From an uncultured Pseudomonadota bacterium (GTDB lineage: Bacteria > Oederibacteriota > Muellerivitia > Muellerivitales > Muellerivitaceae): DNA of 64,000 bases. The position numbers were made by a program, and so were the translations under genes. Below, one piece after another: positions 9,586-19,623 of the stretch. The notes beneath the pieces are model-generated. The model saw nothing but the letters and a program-made list of their open reading frames with translations, had not been told where the DNA came from and did no database searches. Location: positions 256,001-320,000 of the forward strand of contig CAVYRH010000005.1 in NCBI GenBank assembly GCA_963770835.1. The letters are read 5' to 3'. Each line of letters starts with the position of its first letter. Within the stretch, counting starts at the first letter, position 1.

Positions 9586-10562
9586 GCGCGGATGCCGCCG
9601 AGGGCCTTTCCTGCGCCATCCGTATCCGCGACCTCTCCAAAACCTACAAAACCGGTTTTTGGTTCACTCCGAAAGTCACCCAGGCCCTGAAGAACGTCCA
9701 TCTCGACATCTATGAAAGCCAAGCCTTTGGCCTGATGGGCCTGAACGGCGCAGGGAAGACCACGTTGATCAAGCTGGTCTTAGGCCTTCTTAGGCCGACC
9801 ACGGGCTCCGTCGTTGTTTTGGAAGGGTCCATTTCCCAACGTGCGGTGCGGCAACAGATTGGTTACCTTCCCGAGCTGCCTTATTTCTCAAAGCAGCATA
9901 CGGGCAGGGAACTTTTGGGGTATTTCGGTTCCCTTCATGGTTTGTCCGGATCCGCCCTCCGGCACCGGGTGGATGAGATATTGGAGCTCGTCCGAATGCG
10001 TCCGGCGGCCGGCCAAAGGGTGTCCGGATATTCCAAAGGAATGCTCCAGCGAATTGGCATCGGCCAGGCCCTTATCGGGAAACCTAAACTCCTCATTTGC
10101 GACGAGCCCATGAGCGGTTTGGACCCGGTGGGCTACAAGGAAATGCGGGATATTTTCATCGATTTGAAAAAAACGGGAACCACCATTTTCTTGAACACCC
10201 ATATCCTGGACGAGGTGGAAAGAATCTGCGACCGGATCGGCATCCTCCATGAGGGGGTGTTGAAGGAAGTGGTTCCGATCTCCAAGATCCTGGAATCTTC
10301 CGTGCCGGTGGATTACTGGGTGGACGTGGACCGTAAGGAAGTTCCCAAACTTTCCGGGTTACCTTTCCAGGAACCGATCCAAAAAAACGGAGGTGTCCAG
10401 GTTTCAGGCCTCGTTTTAGCGGAAACCCTCTCGCTTTTGACTTCGCGGCAGGCCCAGATCAACGGGGTTCGGCCCCTTTCCTCCCTCGTGGAGGCTTATT
10501 TTCTCAAGGCGATCGGGGCGCAGGAGCACTTGAACCGCCCCCAGGAGGGGAATAAGGCATGA
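9582..10562 (+). CDS. ABC transporter ATP-binding protein (PilH/XapD-like)
   Basis: Walker A GLNGAGKTT, YSKGMLQR signature, DEPMSGLDP. Confidence 0.92.
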   Translation: MSADAAEGLSCAIRIRDLSKTYKTGFWFTPKVTQALKNVHLDIYESQAFGLMGLNGAGKTTLIKLVLGLLRPTTGSVVVLEGSISQRAVRQQIGYLPELPYFSKQHTGRELLGYFGSLHGLSGSALRHRVDEILELVRMRPAAGQRVSGYSKGMLQRIGIGQALIGKPKLLICDEPMSGLDPVGYKEMRDIFIDLKKTGTTIFLNTHILDEVERICDRIGILHEGVLKEVVPISKILESSVPVDYWVDVDRKEVPKLSGLPFQEPIQKNGGVQVSGLVLAETLSLLTSRQAQINGVRPLSSLVEAYFLKAIGAQEHLNRPQEGNKA

Positions 10563-10735
10563 ACCGATTTTCATTTGTTAACATCCGGAAACGGAAATCG
10601 GCTCAATACCGACTTCCTTATTCGTTTCCCACAAACGGAGAGTCGGCATGCGCCGATTCTCCTTCACAAAGGACAATGAAATCGGTGCTATGCCAACTTC
10701 TTTTCAAAAGCTTTTCCAACGGAGAGTTGGCATGA
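10556..10735 (+). repeat. two tandem 84-89 bp double-hairpin units bounded by GGCATG
   Basis: each unit has CCGATT..AATCGG and CCRACT..AGTYGG stems and ends AACGGAGAGTYGGCATG. Confidence 0.75.
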
Positions 10736-11508
10736 AACGAATCCTTTCCGTTACCTCGTTTACTTTCCGGGAACTCATCCGGAGCCGTCTGTTGTTCGTG
10801 TGGCTCATCAGCGTGGTCGTGCTTTGCGGCTTGGCCTACCTTATTTCCATCCTTAGCTTCGGAAGCATTCTTGAAATCTTCATGGACCTGGGATTGACGG
10901 GGATGGAATTCGCGGGCACTTTGGTGCTTCTTTTAGCGCTTGCGGTCACCTACAACACTGAAATGGACCAAAAAGCCATCTTCCTTCATTTGGCCAAACC
11001 CCTCACCCGGGGGGAATATCTTCTGGGCCGCATCCTTGGATTTTGGTTAGTGATCAGCCTGGTGATCCTGGGAATGGGTTTGGTAGTGGTCGGACTGGTT
11101 GTCTTTGCAGGGGGCGGTACGGTCCCCCCACTCTTTTACGACTGCGTTGCTTTTATGCTCCTGGAAATGTTTGTTTTGACCGTCCTGGGCCTGACCTACC
11201 AGGCAATCGGCACCTCCATGGTGGGTGTTGTTCTTTATGCCTTTTTCACCATTTTCCTGGGGCACTGCGTGGGAGTGGTCCAATGGCTTTTGAACCAGCA
11301 ATTGGCCAATTGGGTCATGGACCTCTTAAAGACGATTTATTACCTGCTGCCAAACTTGGAGGCCTTCAACCTCAAGGACCGCCTCTATGACCCGAATTTA
11401 ATTTTAGGCTGGCCCCAATGGCAGGAAATCATTCTTTACACCTTTTCCTATTCCTTTGTGGTTTTTCTCATCGGTTGGATCAACCTTGAAAAAAGGGAAT
11501 TCAAATGA
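10732..11508 (+). CDS. ABC-2 type permease (PilI/XapB-like)
   Basis: multi-TM protein, KPLTRGEYLLGR, YYLLPNL, C-terminal KREFK; alternative ATG at 10648. Confidence 0.85.
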   Translation: MKRILSVTSFTFRELIRSRLLFVWLISVVVLCGLAYLISILSFGSILEIFMDLGLTGMEFAGTLVLLLALAVTYNTEMDQKAIFLHLAKPLTRGEYLLGRILGFWLVISLVILGMGLVVVGLVVFAGGGTVPPLFYDCVAFMLLEMFVLTVLGLTYQAIGTSMVGVVLYAFFTIFLGHCVGVVQWLLNQQLANWVMDLLKTIYYLLPNLEAFNLKDRLYDPNLILGWPQWQEIILYTFSYSFVVFLIGWINLEKREFK

Positions 11509-12218
11509 GGGCGGGCATATCGGAAGGGGTCTTGAAAACGGTGCCGTGGCTTATCCTGTTTTTTTTCATCTTCCAGGCTCTCCTTTCCTCCCGCCTCCAG
11601 GATTGGGTGCATCCCACCCCCTTCGCGGTCAGCCAAGTCCAGGGGGTAGACAAAAAGATCACTTCCACCCTCCGGGCAGTGGCCTTATTGACGGGCAACA
11701 AGGTTTTGGTGGGCCATGTTTTTTGGATCCAAGTTATTCAATACTATGGGGACGACGACAACGCGGCCACGCGCTTCGACAAGCTTTATAATTATTGTTG
11801 CCTGGCGTCGGACTTGAACCCCCAGTTTATTTCCATTTACACCTTCGGGGCGAACGCCTTGGCGTTCCATTTGAAACGCTACGACCAGGCGGCCCGCCTA
11901 CTGGAAAAGGGCATTAAGGCAAACCCCCACGCCGAGCGGTTGAAGTACCTCTTGGCCGCCATCGGCTTCCAGAATTCGGGCAAGGCGGACTTAAAGTTGA
12001 TCATTCCCGTTTTGGAGGAGGAAGCCAGCCGGCCCGACGCTCCCCCCACCATGGTCAATATCCTGGCCAACACCTATCAAAAAGTGGGTCGCTACCAGGA
12101 GGCGGTCCGGGTGTGGCAGAAACTTTTGAAGGAAGGCGAAACCGACGAACAAAAGATTGTCGCGGGCCAAAAACTCCAGGAACTTTACGCAATTCTTAAA
12201 AACCAAAACGGACATTGA
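11505..12218 (+). CDS. membrane-anchored TPR protein (PilG/XapA-like ABC accessory)
   Basis: N-terminal TM, WIQVIQYYG, TPR-like helices; coupled to the permease. Confidence 0.7.
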   Translation: MRAGISEGVLKTVPWLILFFFIFQALLSSRLQDWVHPTPFAVSQVQGVDKKITSTLRAVALLTGNKVLVGHVFWIQVIQYYGDDDNAATRFDKLYNYCCLASDLNPQFISIYTFGANALAFHLKRYDQAARLLEKGIKANPHAERLKYLLAAIGFQNSGKADLKLIIPVLEEEASRPDAPPTMVNILANTYQKVGRYQEAVRVWQKLLKEGETDEQKIVAGQKLQELYAILKNQNGH

Positions 12219-12326
12219 ATCGCCAAGGGCGCCAAGAGAAACGAATGATAACGATGGTAAAACAGGGAAATAAAATGATGTTTAGCAAATTTTTTCTTGG
12301 TGCCCCTTGTGCCTTTGGTGGTTCAA
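12215..12326. repeat. 9-bp-period inverted-repeat element TTGAA...TTCAA, copy 1
   Basis: TTGAATCGCCAAGGGCGCCAAG pairs with CTTGTGCCTTTGGTGGTTCAA; similar to 17433-17543. Confidence 0.75.
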
Positions 12327-15034
12327 ATGTTCTTTTTCTTTTGATGGTTTGCCTTCTTCCTGGGGTCGGGTTCGCCCAGGTCAAAACCGATTCCTCCCCA
12401 AAATCCGTCTCGCCACTGACTACCGAAAGCCTGCCTAAGGTAAAGCCCGCTGACCCCTTTTTGGCCCATTCCCGGCATTCGTTTTATTTCCAGGACACCC
12501 TGGCCAGCGTCCTGCTGAAATATACCTCCAGCCCGGATTTCAACCCCCAGGACCCGGCCTCGGTGAACGACCTCGGTTATATTTACTATTATTTTGGCGA
12601 ATACGCGGACGCGGCCACCCAGTTCAAAAAAGCGCTGGACTTGAACCCCGCTTTCGCAGACGCCTATATCAACCTGGGCGTGACGGCCTATAAGACGGGC
12701 GACACCGACCTGGCCCAACAATACCTGAACAAGGCCTATCAAATGGATTCCTCCCGGGGCGAGGCTGCTTATGACCTGGGTCTCTTGGCTTTCGAGCTAA
12801 ACCAATTCTCAAGGGCCACGGGATTCTTCGAGGAGGCCTCCCAGAGCCTTTCCCAGGACCCCAAGGTATGGAACAACCTGGGTTGCGCTTATTTTCAGCA
12901 GAAAAACTACGCCCAGGCCTACCAGTGTTTTAAGGAGGCCGTGGATAAGGGAGCGGGCTTCTACCACGCTTATTACAACCTGGCGGTGGCCTCGGTGCTT
13001 TCCGGCAACTACGAGGGCGCAGTAGAGGACACCCAGAAAGCCGTCGAACTGGCTCCCGCCAACCCGGACGCCTATAACCTTTTAGGGTTGGCCTACCTTT
13101 TCAATCAAAGTTATTTGAAAGCGTCGGTAGCCTTGGCCCATGCCATCCAATTGGACCCACGCAACGCCGGCTATTTCAACAACCTGGGCCGGGCTCAACT
13201 GGGCCTGGGCCACACCAGGGAGACCGAGAAGGCGCTTAATCAGGCGCTTCTTTACCAGCCGGACTTAAAGCCAGCCCTCTGGAATATGGGTGATTTGAAA
13301 TTGCGCCAGGGCAAGTATCCGGAAGCCCTGACGCTTTATGAAAACGTTGCGGATTGGGAACCGGCCATGGAAAGTCCGGTTTTCCAGTACAACTGGGGCG
13401 TGGCTTATTACAAAACGGGGGATAAGGACAAAGCCAGGGAACTTTGGGAAAAAGCCAGGGGCATGGACGCCCAATACATGGAGCCCCTTTATGGCCTAGC
13501 GGTCTTATATGAGAACCAAAAAGATTACGAGAAATCCTCCGCCCTTCTTCGGCAGGGGGAAACATTGGAACCCCAATCCTCACGCTGGGTGCGGCTGGAA
13601 GGCGACCTGGACATGGTCCAGGGAAAATCCGCCGAAGCCTTGGCCGCCTATGAGAAGGCGAAAGCGATGGGCCAGAAAGATGCCGATCTTTTCGCCCACA
13701 TTGAACAGCTCAAAAATACGGATGAGTCTCCCTCCGCGACGTCGCAACCGGAAGAGGCCAATGACGAGGCGGGCTACCATGCCCAGGTTCTTCACCTGGA
13801 AGACGCGGGAAACCTGGACGAGGCCCTGGCCCTGGCCAGAAAAGCGGCTGACCAGTGGGGCTCCAAGCCGGAAGTTTGGGAAGACCTTTCGGACGTTTAT
13901 TTGAAGATGGATCAAAAACCCCAGGCGCTGGAGTCCATGGAAAAGGCCCAACGCCTCTCCCCCCAGGACGGGCATTACCTGGAGGAATGCGGCCACATCG
14001 CCTATTTGAGCGATAAGTTCGAGATCGCCGAACATTATTTTGGGGAAGCCGCCCGGACAACTTCCTCTACTTGGCAGACCGCCCTGGGATTGGGCTCCTG
14101 CTACTACCGCCAGAACCTTTTTACGGAAGCCATCGCCTATTGGGAGAAGGGAGCAGCCGCCTACCCGCACCAGCCGGAGTTTGACTACAACCTGGGCCGG
14201 GCCCATTATCAGAAGGGGGAATTCGCCCAAGCCGCTTTTTATTACAAAAAGGCGTTGGAACTCAAACCCAATTATCCCGAAGACATCACCAACCTGGCGG
14301 CCCTGGAACTGGACCAGGAAAATCTGGTGGAAGCCGGGCAAAACCTGAAGAAGAGCCTGGCCTTGGACCCCCAATTAGCCGAAACTTATTTCAATTTGGG
14401 GAACCTGGAAATGAAAACGGACCATTTCGACGACGCGATGAAATATTACCAGCAGGGCCTGCGGATAAATCCGGATGACGCCCAAGGTTATTATTGCCAG
14501 GGTGTGGCCTGTTTGAGGCAGGGCCAATGGGTGAAGGCCGAAACCTTCCTCGAAAAAACCCTGGAGAAGGACCCGTTAGATGCCGACGCCCTTTACAACC
14601 TCGGCAAGGTGGCCGTGGAACTGAACGATTATTCCACTGCCCGTAGATACTTCGAGGAATCCCTCAAGTACAAGCCGGGCCAGGATGACGCTTATTTCGG
14701 CATCGGCCTGGTGTATTATCACGAAGGGCAGTACAAGGATGCCCAACTTTATTTCGTGAAGGCTCAAACCAGCTTCAAAGTCGCCCATGAGGCGGCCTTT
14801 TACCTGGGCCAGACGGAGGAAAAAATGGGTGATCCGGATTCGGCGGAAGCCTTTTACCGGCAGGCCATCCAGTTGAAGCCGGGTTTCGGCATGCCCCATT
14901 TGGCCTTGGGCGATCTTCTCAAACAAAAGGGAAGGCTGATGGAAGCCCGCATGGAATACCAGAAGGCTGCGATCCAACAGGAATATCCCGAAGTCGCCAA
15001 AGTGGCGGAAGACCGGTTGGCCCAACTGCAATAA
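12215..15034 (+). CDS. large exported TPR-repeat protein (true start probably a downstream Met)
   Basis: many 34-aa AYxNLG..A...P repeats; signal peptide ending GFAQ. Confidence 0.9.
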   Translation: MNRQGRQEKRMITMVKQGNKMMFSKFFLGAPCAFGGSNVLFLLMVCLLPGVGFAQVKTDSSPKSVSPLTTESLPKVKPADPFLAHSRHSFYFQDTLASVLLKYTSSPDFNPQDPASVNDLGYIYYYFGEYADAATQFKKALDLNPAFADAYINLGVTAYKTGDTDLAQQYLNKAYQMDSSRGEAAYDLGLLAFELNQFSRATGFFEEASQSLSQDPKVWNNLGCAYFQQKNYAQAYQCFKEAVDKGAGFYHAYYNLAVASVLSGNYEGAVEDTQKAVELAPANPDAYNLLGLAYLFNQSYLKASVALAHAIQLDPRNAGYFNNLGRAQLGLGHTRETEKALNQALLYQPDLKPALWNMGDLKLRQGKYPEALTLYENVADWEPAMESPVFQYNWGVAYYKTGDKDKARELWEKARGMDAQYMEPLYGLAVLYENQKDYEKSSALLRQGETLEPQSSRWVRLEGDLDMVQGKSAEALAAYEKAKAMGQKDADLFAHIEQLKNTDESPSATSQPEEANDEAGYHAQVLHLEDAGNLDEALALARKAADQWGSKPEVWEDLSDVYLKMDQKPQALESMEKAQRLSPQDGHYLEECGHIAYLSDKFEIAEHYFGEAARTTSSTWQTALGLGSCYYRQNLFTEAIAYWEKGAAAYPHQPEFDYNLGRAHYQKGEFAQAAFYYKKALELKPNYPEDITNLAALELDQENLVEAGQNLKKSLALDPQLAETYFNLGNLEMKTDHFDDAMKYYQQGLRINPDDAQGYYCQGVACLRQGQWVKAETFLEKTLEKDPLDADALYNLGKVAVELNDYSTARRYFEESLKYKPGQDDAYFGIGLVYYHEGQYKDAQLYFVKAQTSFKVAHEAAFYLGQTEEKMGDPDSAEAFYRQAIQLKPGFGMPHLALGDLLKQKGRLMEARMEYQKAAIQQEYPEVAKVAEDRLAQLQ

Positions 15035-15040
15035 ACGCAG

Positions 15041-15120
15041 ATATTAGATGTTAGCGGTTCGATTTTGGCTTCGACTTTGGAGTTGTTTTGGCTAATAGTT
15101 AACAGCTAACCGCTAATGTC
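15041..15120. repeat. 7-bp-period inverted repeat (GTTAGCG / GCTAAYN)
   Basis: ATTAGATGTTAGCGGTT ... GCTAATA GTTAACA GCTAACC GCTAATG. Confidence 0.65.
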
Positions 15121-15136
15121 TGTCTTTCGAGGTTTT

Positions 15137-16060
15137 ATGATTCACTTAGTCACCCTGAACCCGGCACTCGATTTGGAACTGGAGCTGAAAGACCCAGCCC
15201 AGGGGAAAATCGGCGAGGTTCTTCATTCGGATGTGGAAGCAGGCGGGAAGGCCCTCAATATCGCCCGTTTTTTAGGAAAAAAGGGGGCTGCCTGGACCGC
15301 TTGGCTGGGCACGGGCGGCGGAAGCCATCCAACCCATGTTCTTTTAAAAACCCTTTTAAAAAGGGAAGGCATTCCAGTTAGATATCTCAGTTCCAAAGCC
15401 CCCATCCGATTGAACGTCGTCGTGGGAACGGGGGAGAAAAAGCAAAAGTACAATCACTCCGGCTTTGAACTGGACCTTACCGATTTTGGACAATTGGACC
15501 GGTCGGTTAAAAGGGGCGACCTCCTGGTTTTGACGGGCCGCCTGCCCCATGGGATGAACCCGGGCCTTTACCGGGCCTGGGTTGACGCCTTCAATCGAAA
15601 AGGTGTTTGGACGGTGGTGGATACCTCCGAGAAGGCCCTTTATGAAGTTCTTCAAGCCAAACCCTGGTTTTTCAAGGTGAACTTGGAGGAACTGTCCGAA
15701 GCCATGGGATGGACGGTGCCGGGCCTTTTTGCCGTCCCAACCTTAAGGCGGACGGTCCTGGTCAAGGCGGGCTTGGTGCACGGGGCGGTCACGGATGGCG
15801 CCAATGGCGCGGTGGTTTGGAACGAAGAGGAAATCCTTTCGGTGAAGTATTCAGGGAAAGCGACGAAGGGTTTCGTGGTGGGAGCCGGGGACGGCTTCCT
15901 GGCGGGCTATTTGAGGGGGATTCACCAAAATAAAAACCTGAAGGATCGCGCCAACCTGGCCTGCGCTACCGCCACCGCTGTGGCCCAGACGGGGATTATG
16001 GGATTCAATCCGCAGATGGTTTCGAAATTGATCCAAGGTGTAAAGGTTACAAAGTTTTAA
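15137..16060 (+). CDS. PfkB family sugar kinase (1-phosphofructokinase-like)
   Basis: VTLNPALD, GGKALN, VDTS and VGAGDGFLAG motifs. Confidence 0.88.
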   Translation: MIHLVTLNPALDLELELKDPAQGKIGEVLHSDVEAGGKALNIARFLGKKGAAWTAWLGTGGGSHPTHVLLKTLLKREGIPVRYLSSKAPIRLNVVVGTGEKKQKYNHSGFELDLTDFGQLDRSVKRGDLLVLTGRLPHGMNPGLYRAWVDAFNRKGVWTVVDTSEKALYEVLQAKPWFFKVNLEELSEAMGWTVPGLFAVPTLRRTVLVKAGLVHGAVTDGANGAVVWNEEEILSVKYSGKATKGFVVGAGDGFLAGYLRGIHQNKNLKDRANLACATATAVAQTGIMGFNPQMVSKLIQGVKVTKF

Positions 16061-16069
16061 GCACAAATT

Positions 16070-16140
16070 CTTATCTGTGTGCATCTGTGGCTTAAAATAT
16101 CCTTGCCTTACTCTGTGTCACTCTGTGAACTCTGTGGTGA
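16070..16140. repeat. two clusters of (A/C)TCTGTG repeats with 9-10 bp period
   Basis: ATCTGTGTGCATCTGTGG and CTCTGTGTCACTCTGTGAACTCTGTGG. Confidence 0.7.
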
Positions 16141-16149
16141 AAAGGTTTT

Positions 16150-17427
16150 ATGAACGGCGAATCCCGCGTTATCTATTCCGTCACTGAACTGGTCCAGACC
16201 GCCCGGGCGCTTCTAGAGGCCAAGTTTCCCTATGCCTTGGTCCAAGGGGAAATCGGCCGGTTCATCAAACACCCCTCCGGCCACATGTATTTCGACCTCA
16301 AGGACGAAAAATGCCTTGTCTCCTGTGCCTTCTTCAAGGGAAGCAACCAGGGACTGACCTTCCAGCCGGAACAGGGCATGAAGGTCATCGCGGGCGGAGT
16401 CCTAACCCTTTACGAAGCCAGGGGCCAGTTTCAGCTCAATGTCCGCACCTTGGAGCCCGTGGGAGTCGGCGGTCTCTTGCTGGCCTTCGAACAGCTCAAG
16501 AAAAAACTCCAGGCCGAGGGCCTGTTTGATGAATCCCGCAAAAAAACCGTGCCAGAACATCCCCATCGCATTGCGCTCATTACTTCCCCCACCGGCGCGG
16601 CCATCCAGGACTTCATGAAAATCCTGGAAACGCGGGTGGGAATTGATGAAGTGGAATTGTTTCCCGTAAAGGTGCAGGGGACCGAGGCCCCGGAGGAGAT
16701 CATTGCCGCTATTGAAGAAGTTTCTAAAAGGGAAGAACACGACGTCCTGGTCCTGACCCGGGGCGGGGGAAGTCTGGAAGATTTGGCGGCCTTCAACGAC
16801 GAAGGAGTCGTGCGGGCCTTGGCCGCTTGTTCCATTCCCACCATTTGCGCGGTCGGGCACGAGGTGGATTTCAGCCTTTGTGATTTCGTCGCCGACCGCA
16901 GGGAACCCACCCCCACCGCCGCGGCGGCCCACCTGGCGCCCGGCAAGGACGAGGTTCAGGAGCAACTGCAATATCTCCAACATCGGCTTCGGGAAGCCCT
17001 GGAAAGCCTATTGGACGGCAAAAAACGGGACTTGCAGGAACTTCTTAAGACCCTCAAAAGCCGCCGCCCTGACCTCCTCTTGGACCAAGCCCGGCAGGAC
17101 CTCGACCGACGCATGGACGACCTGCAAGAAGCCTTGCGGAACTCGCTTCAGGACAAGCAACTCCAACTCCAGCGCCTTTCCGATTTCCTGGCCCGCGCCA
17201 CTCCCTTGCAGGTGATGAAGCCCTTCCGCGAAAAGCTCAAAGGCTTGGAAGCCCAATTGCAGGCCTACCATCCCCACGGCCCCTTGAAGAGGGGTTATGC
17301 CATCGTTACCGAGAAAGAAAGCGGTTCCATCGTGCGGGATGCGGCCCAAGTCAAAAAAGGTGACCGGCTTATGATCCGGGTGAAGAAGGGCCGGGTGGAG
17401 TCAGAAGTGGTTTCGAAAGAAGAATAA
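16150..17427 (+). CDS. xseA: exodeoxyribonuclease VII large subunit
   Basis: SGHMYF.LKD, TSPTGAAIQD, RGGGS.EDL, VGHEVD and TPTAAA motifs. Confidence 0.97.
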   Translation: MNGESRVIYSVTELVQTARALLEAKFPYALVQGEIGRFIKHPSGHMYFDLKDEKCLVSCAFFKGSNQGLTFQPEQGMKVIAGGVLTLYEARGQFQLNVRTLEPVGVGGLLLAFEQLKKKLQAEGLFDESRKKTVPEHPHRIALITSPTGAAIQDFMKILETRVGIDEVELFPVKVQGTEAPEEIIAAIEEVSKREEHDVLVLTRGGGSLEDLAAFNDEGVVRALAACSIPTICAVGHEVDFSLCDFVADRREPTPTAAAAHLAPGKDEVQEQLQYLQHRLREALESLLDGKKRDLQELLKTLKSRRPDLLLDQARQDLDRRMDDLQEALRNSLQDKQLQLQRLSDFLARATPLQVMKPFREKLKGLEAQLQAYHPHGPLKRGYAIVTEKESGSIVRDAAQVKKGDRLMIRVKKGRVESEVVSKEE

Positions 17428-17432
17428 GGCAT

Positions 17433-17543
17433 TTGAACCACTAAGGCACAAAGGGGACTAAGAAAAGCCGAAGCAGTTTAGGATTTCGAACATTTAATCT
17501 TTTCTTTGTCTTCCTTTGTGCCCTTGGTGTCTTTGTGGTTCAA
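17433..17543. repeat. 9-bp-period inverted-repeat element TTGAA...TTCAA, copy 2
   Basis: TTGAACCACTAAGGCACAAAGGG pairs with CCCTTGGTGTCTTTGTGGTTCAA. Confidence 0.8.
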
Positions 17544-17580
17544 TAGGTTTTCCTTTTAGGCCTCAAATTTCGGAGGAACC

Positions 17581-19539
17581 ATGAAAAGCTTGAATCTTGC
17601 CCTGATCCGGTCGATGCTGGCGGCTGTCTTTTTACTCGCTGCCGGGGCTTACGCGGAGGATTCAACACCCGTGGGACATTATAAAAACTTCAAAACAGCC
17701 ATCTACATCACGGTCGGTTCAACCAAATCCTTCACCGATGCCCAACGATTGGAAAAGGAATTCAACCGGGCCATGGGCCAGGTGAAGTTCGACAAGGTCT
17801 ACCTGGAAGTCTACCGGGACAAGAACTTTTGCGATGAATCCACCCTGGATGGCATCAAGAAATTCTTCACCGACCACGGGGTAGAGGTTTGGGGTGGCAT
17901 CACCCTCTCGGCCGGAGGGGGCAAGGGCGGCCAATTCGGGACCTTTGACTTCGAAAAGCCCGCCGACCGGGCGGAATGCAAGAGGGCGGTAGAGATCGCG
18001 GCTCGGCATTTCGACCACGTCATCCTGGATGACTTTTTCTTTTATACCAGCAAGTCCGACGCGGACATCAAGGCTAAGGGAAAGCGGTCCTGGACCCAAT
18101 ACCGCCTGGACACCATGCGTGAGGCTGCCCGGGACCTGGTTCTGGGACCCGCCCGCAAGATCAACCCCAACATCAAGATGATCATCAAGTACCCCAACTG
18201 GTACGAGCATTTCCAGGGCCTGGGCTACGACCTGGACAAGGAAGCCCAGATGTTCGATTACATCTACACTGGCACCGAGACCCGCGACCCTTACATCACC
18301 GACCAGCTCCTGCAACAGTACGAAAGTTATGAGATCTTCCGTTACTTCAGCAATATCCGGCCCGACGGCGGCAACTTGGGGGGCTGGGTGGATACCTATA
18401 GCACCCGCTATGTGGACCGCTACCCGGAACAGTTGTGGGACACCCTGTTGGCGAAGTCGCCGGAAATCACTCTTTTCAATTGGTACCCCGCCGCCGAATC
18501 CAAGGGAGTGGAACCGGGTGACCGGGAGGCCTGGAAGAACCTCGATACCAGCTTCAATTGGGACGAGATGGTCAAGAGCTTTAAGCCCATGGGGGGCGAC
18601 ACGGCCCCGGCCGGCTGGGGGAGGGTGGCGGGATACGCCTTGGAAAAGATCGACCGGGTTTTGGGTAAGCTCGGCAAACCCATCGGTATCGCCAGCTACA
18701 AGCCTTACCAGTCCACGGGCGAGGACTTCCTCCACAACTACCTGGGCAATTGCGGTATTCCCATCGAGCTTTATCCCCAATACCCGAAGGACGCGGATAC
18801 CATCCTGCTCACCGAGTCCGCCAAGTTCGACCCGCAGATCGTTTCCAAGATCAAGAAGAGTTTGGCAGAAGGGAAGAACGTCTTCATTACCTCGGGGTTG
18901 TTGGGCGCGCTCCAGGACAAGGGCATACGGGACATCGTGGAGGCGGAGCCCACGGGCCGCATCGTCTCCATCCATGATTTCATCAACGGGTTCGGCGCGG
19001 GGAATGGGGCCTACTTGAACGACCCCAAGCAAGACAATCCTTCCATCCTGTTTCCGGAAATCCGCTTTTTCACTAACGACGCTTGGGGCATCATCCGGGG
19101 CGTAGCCTCGGCCAAGGGTTATCCCATCGTACTGATGAACCACTATTCGAAGGGGATCATTTATATCCTGACGATCCCTGAGAATATTTCCGATCTTTAC
19201 AACATGCCCCGGGAGGTGTTGGCCGCCATCAAGGGTTATCTTCAAGCCGATTTCCCGGTGCGGATTGACTCGCCGGCCCAAGTGGCCTTGTTCGCCTACG
19301 ACAACAACAGCTTTGTCGTGGAATCCTTCCGGCATGACCCCTGCGAAGTCACCCTAACCCTCCCTGGCGCGGATGGAAAGGTCAAGGATGCTGTGACCGA
19401 TGAATCCCTGGCGCCTTTGCCCCGGCCCACTCCGGACCCCAAAAATTGGTGGGCCAGGCAGAATCCTCCGGCTCCCAAAACGGATTTCAATGTCTCGATT
19501 CCGCCGCACTCCTATAAGGTTTTCACCATTGAGAAATGA
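17581..19539 (+). CDS. exported hypothetical protein, possibly glycoside-hydrolase-like
   Basis: GGAGGA RBS, signal peptide ending AYA, ILDDFFF, IIKYPNWYEHF and TGTETRD motifs; function inferred. Confidence 0.6.
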   Translation: MKSLNLALIRSMLAAVFLLAAGAYAEDSTPVGHYKNFKTAIYITVGSTKSFTDAQRLEKEFNRAMGQVKFDKVYLEVYRDKNFCDESTLDGIKKFFTDHGVEVWGGITLSAGGGKGGQFGTFDFEKPADRAECKRAVEIAARHFDHVILDDFFFYTSKSDADIKAKGKRSWTQYRLDTMREAARDLVLGPARKINPNIKMIIKYPNWYEHFQGLGYDLDKEAQMFDYIYTGTETRDPYITDQLLQQYESYEIFRYFSNIRPDGGNLGGWVDTYSTRYVDRYPEQLWDTLLAKSPEITLFNWYPAAESKGVEPGDREAWKNLDTSFNWDEMVKSFKPMGGDTAPAGWGRVAGYALEKIDRVLGKLGKPIGIASYKPYQSTGEDFLHNYLGNCGIPIELYPQYPKDADTILLTESAKFDPQIVSKIKKSLAEGKNVFITSGLLGALQDKGIRDIVEAEPTGRIVSIHDFINGFGAGNGAYLNDPKQDNPSILFPEIRFFTNDAWGIIRGVASAKGYPIVLMNHYSKGIIYILTIPENISDLYNMPREVLAAIKGYLQADFPVRIDSPAQVALFAYDNNSFVVESFRHDPCEVTLTLPGADGKVKDAVTDESLAPLPRPTPDPKNWWARQNPPAPKTDFNVSIPPHSYKVFTIEK

Positions 19540-19623
19540 GTCCTTGGAAAGCTTCCAGTGGTGGGAGACTTTTCAAGTATTTTCAAAACGGTTAAGATGT
19601 CCTAGCTTTCCTGGGAGGGTTCA

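Noticed and set aside
17719..19335. Long antisense ORFs (also 7826-8935, 25146-26519, 59594-61159, 63281-63970)
   Set aside because: These are shadows of GC-rich or repetitive sense genes and have no recognisable motifs.
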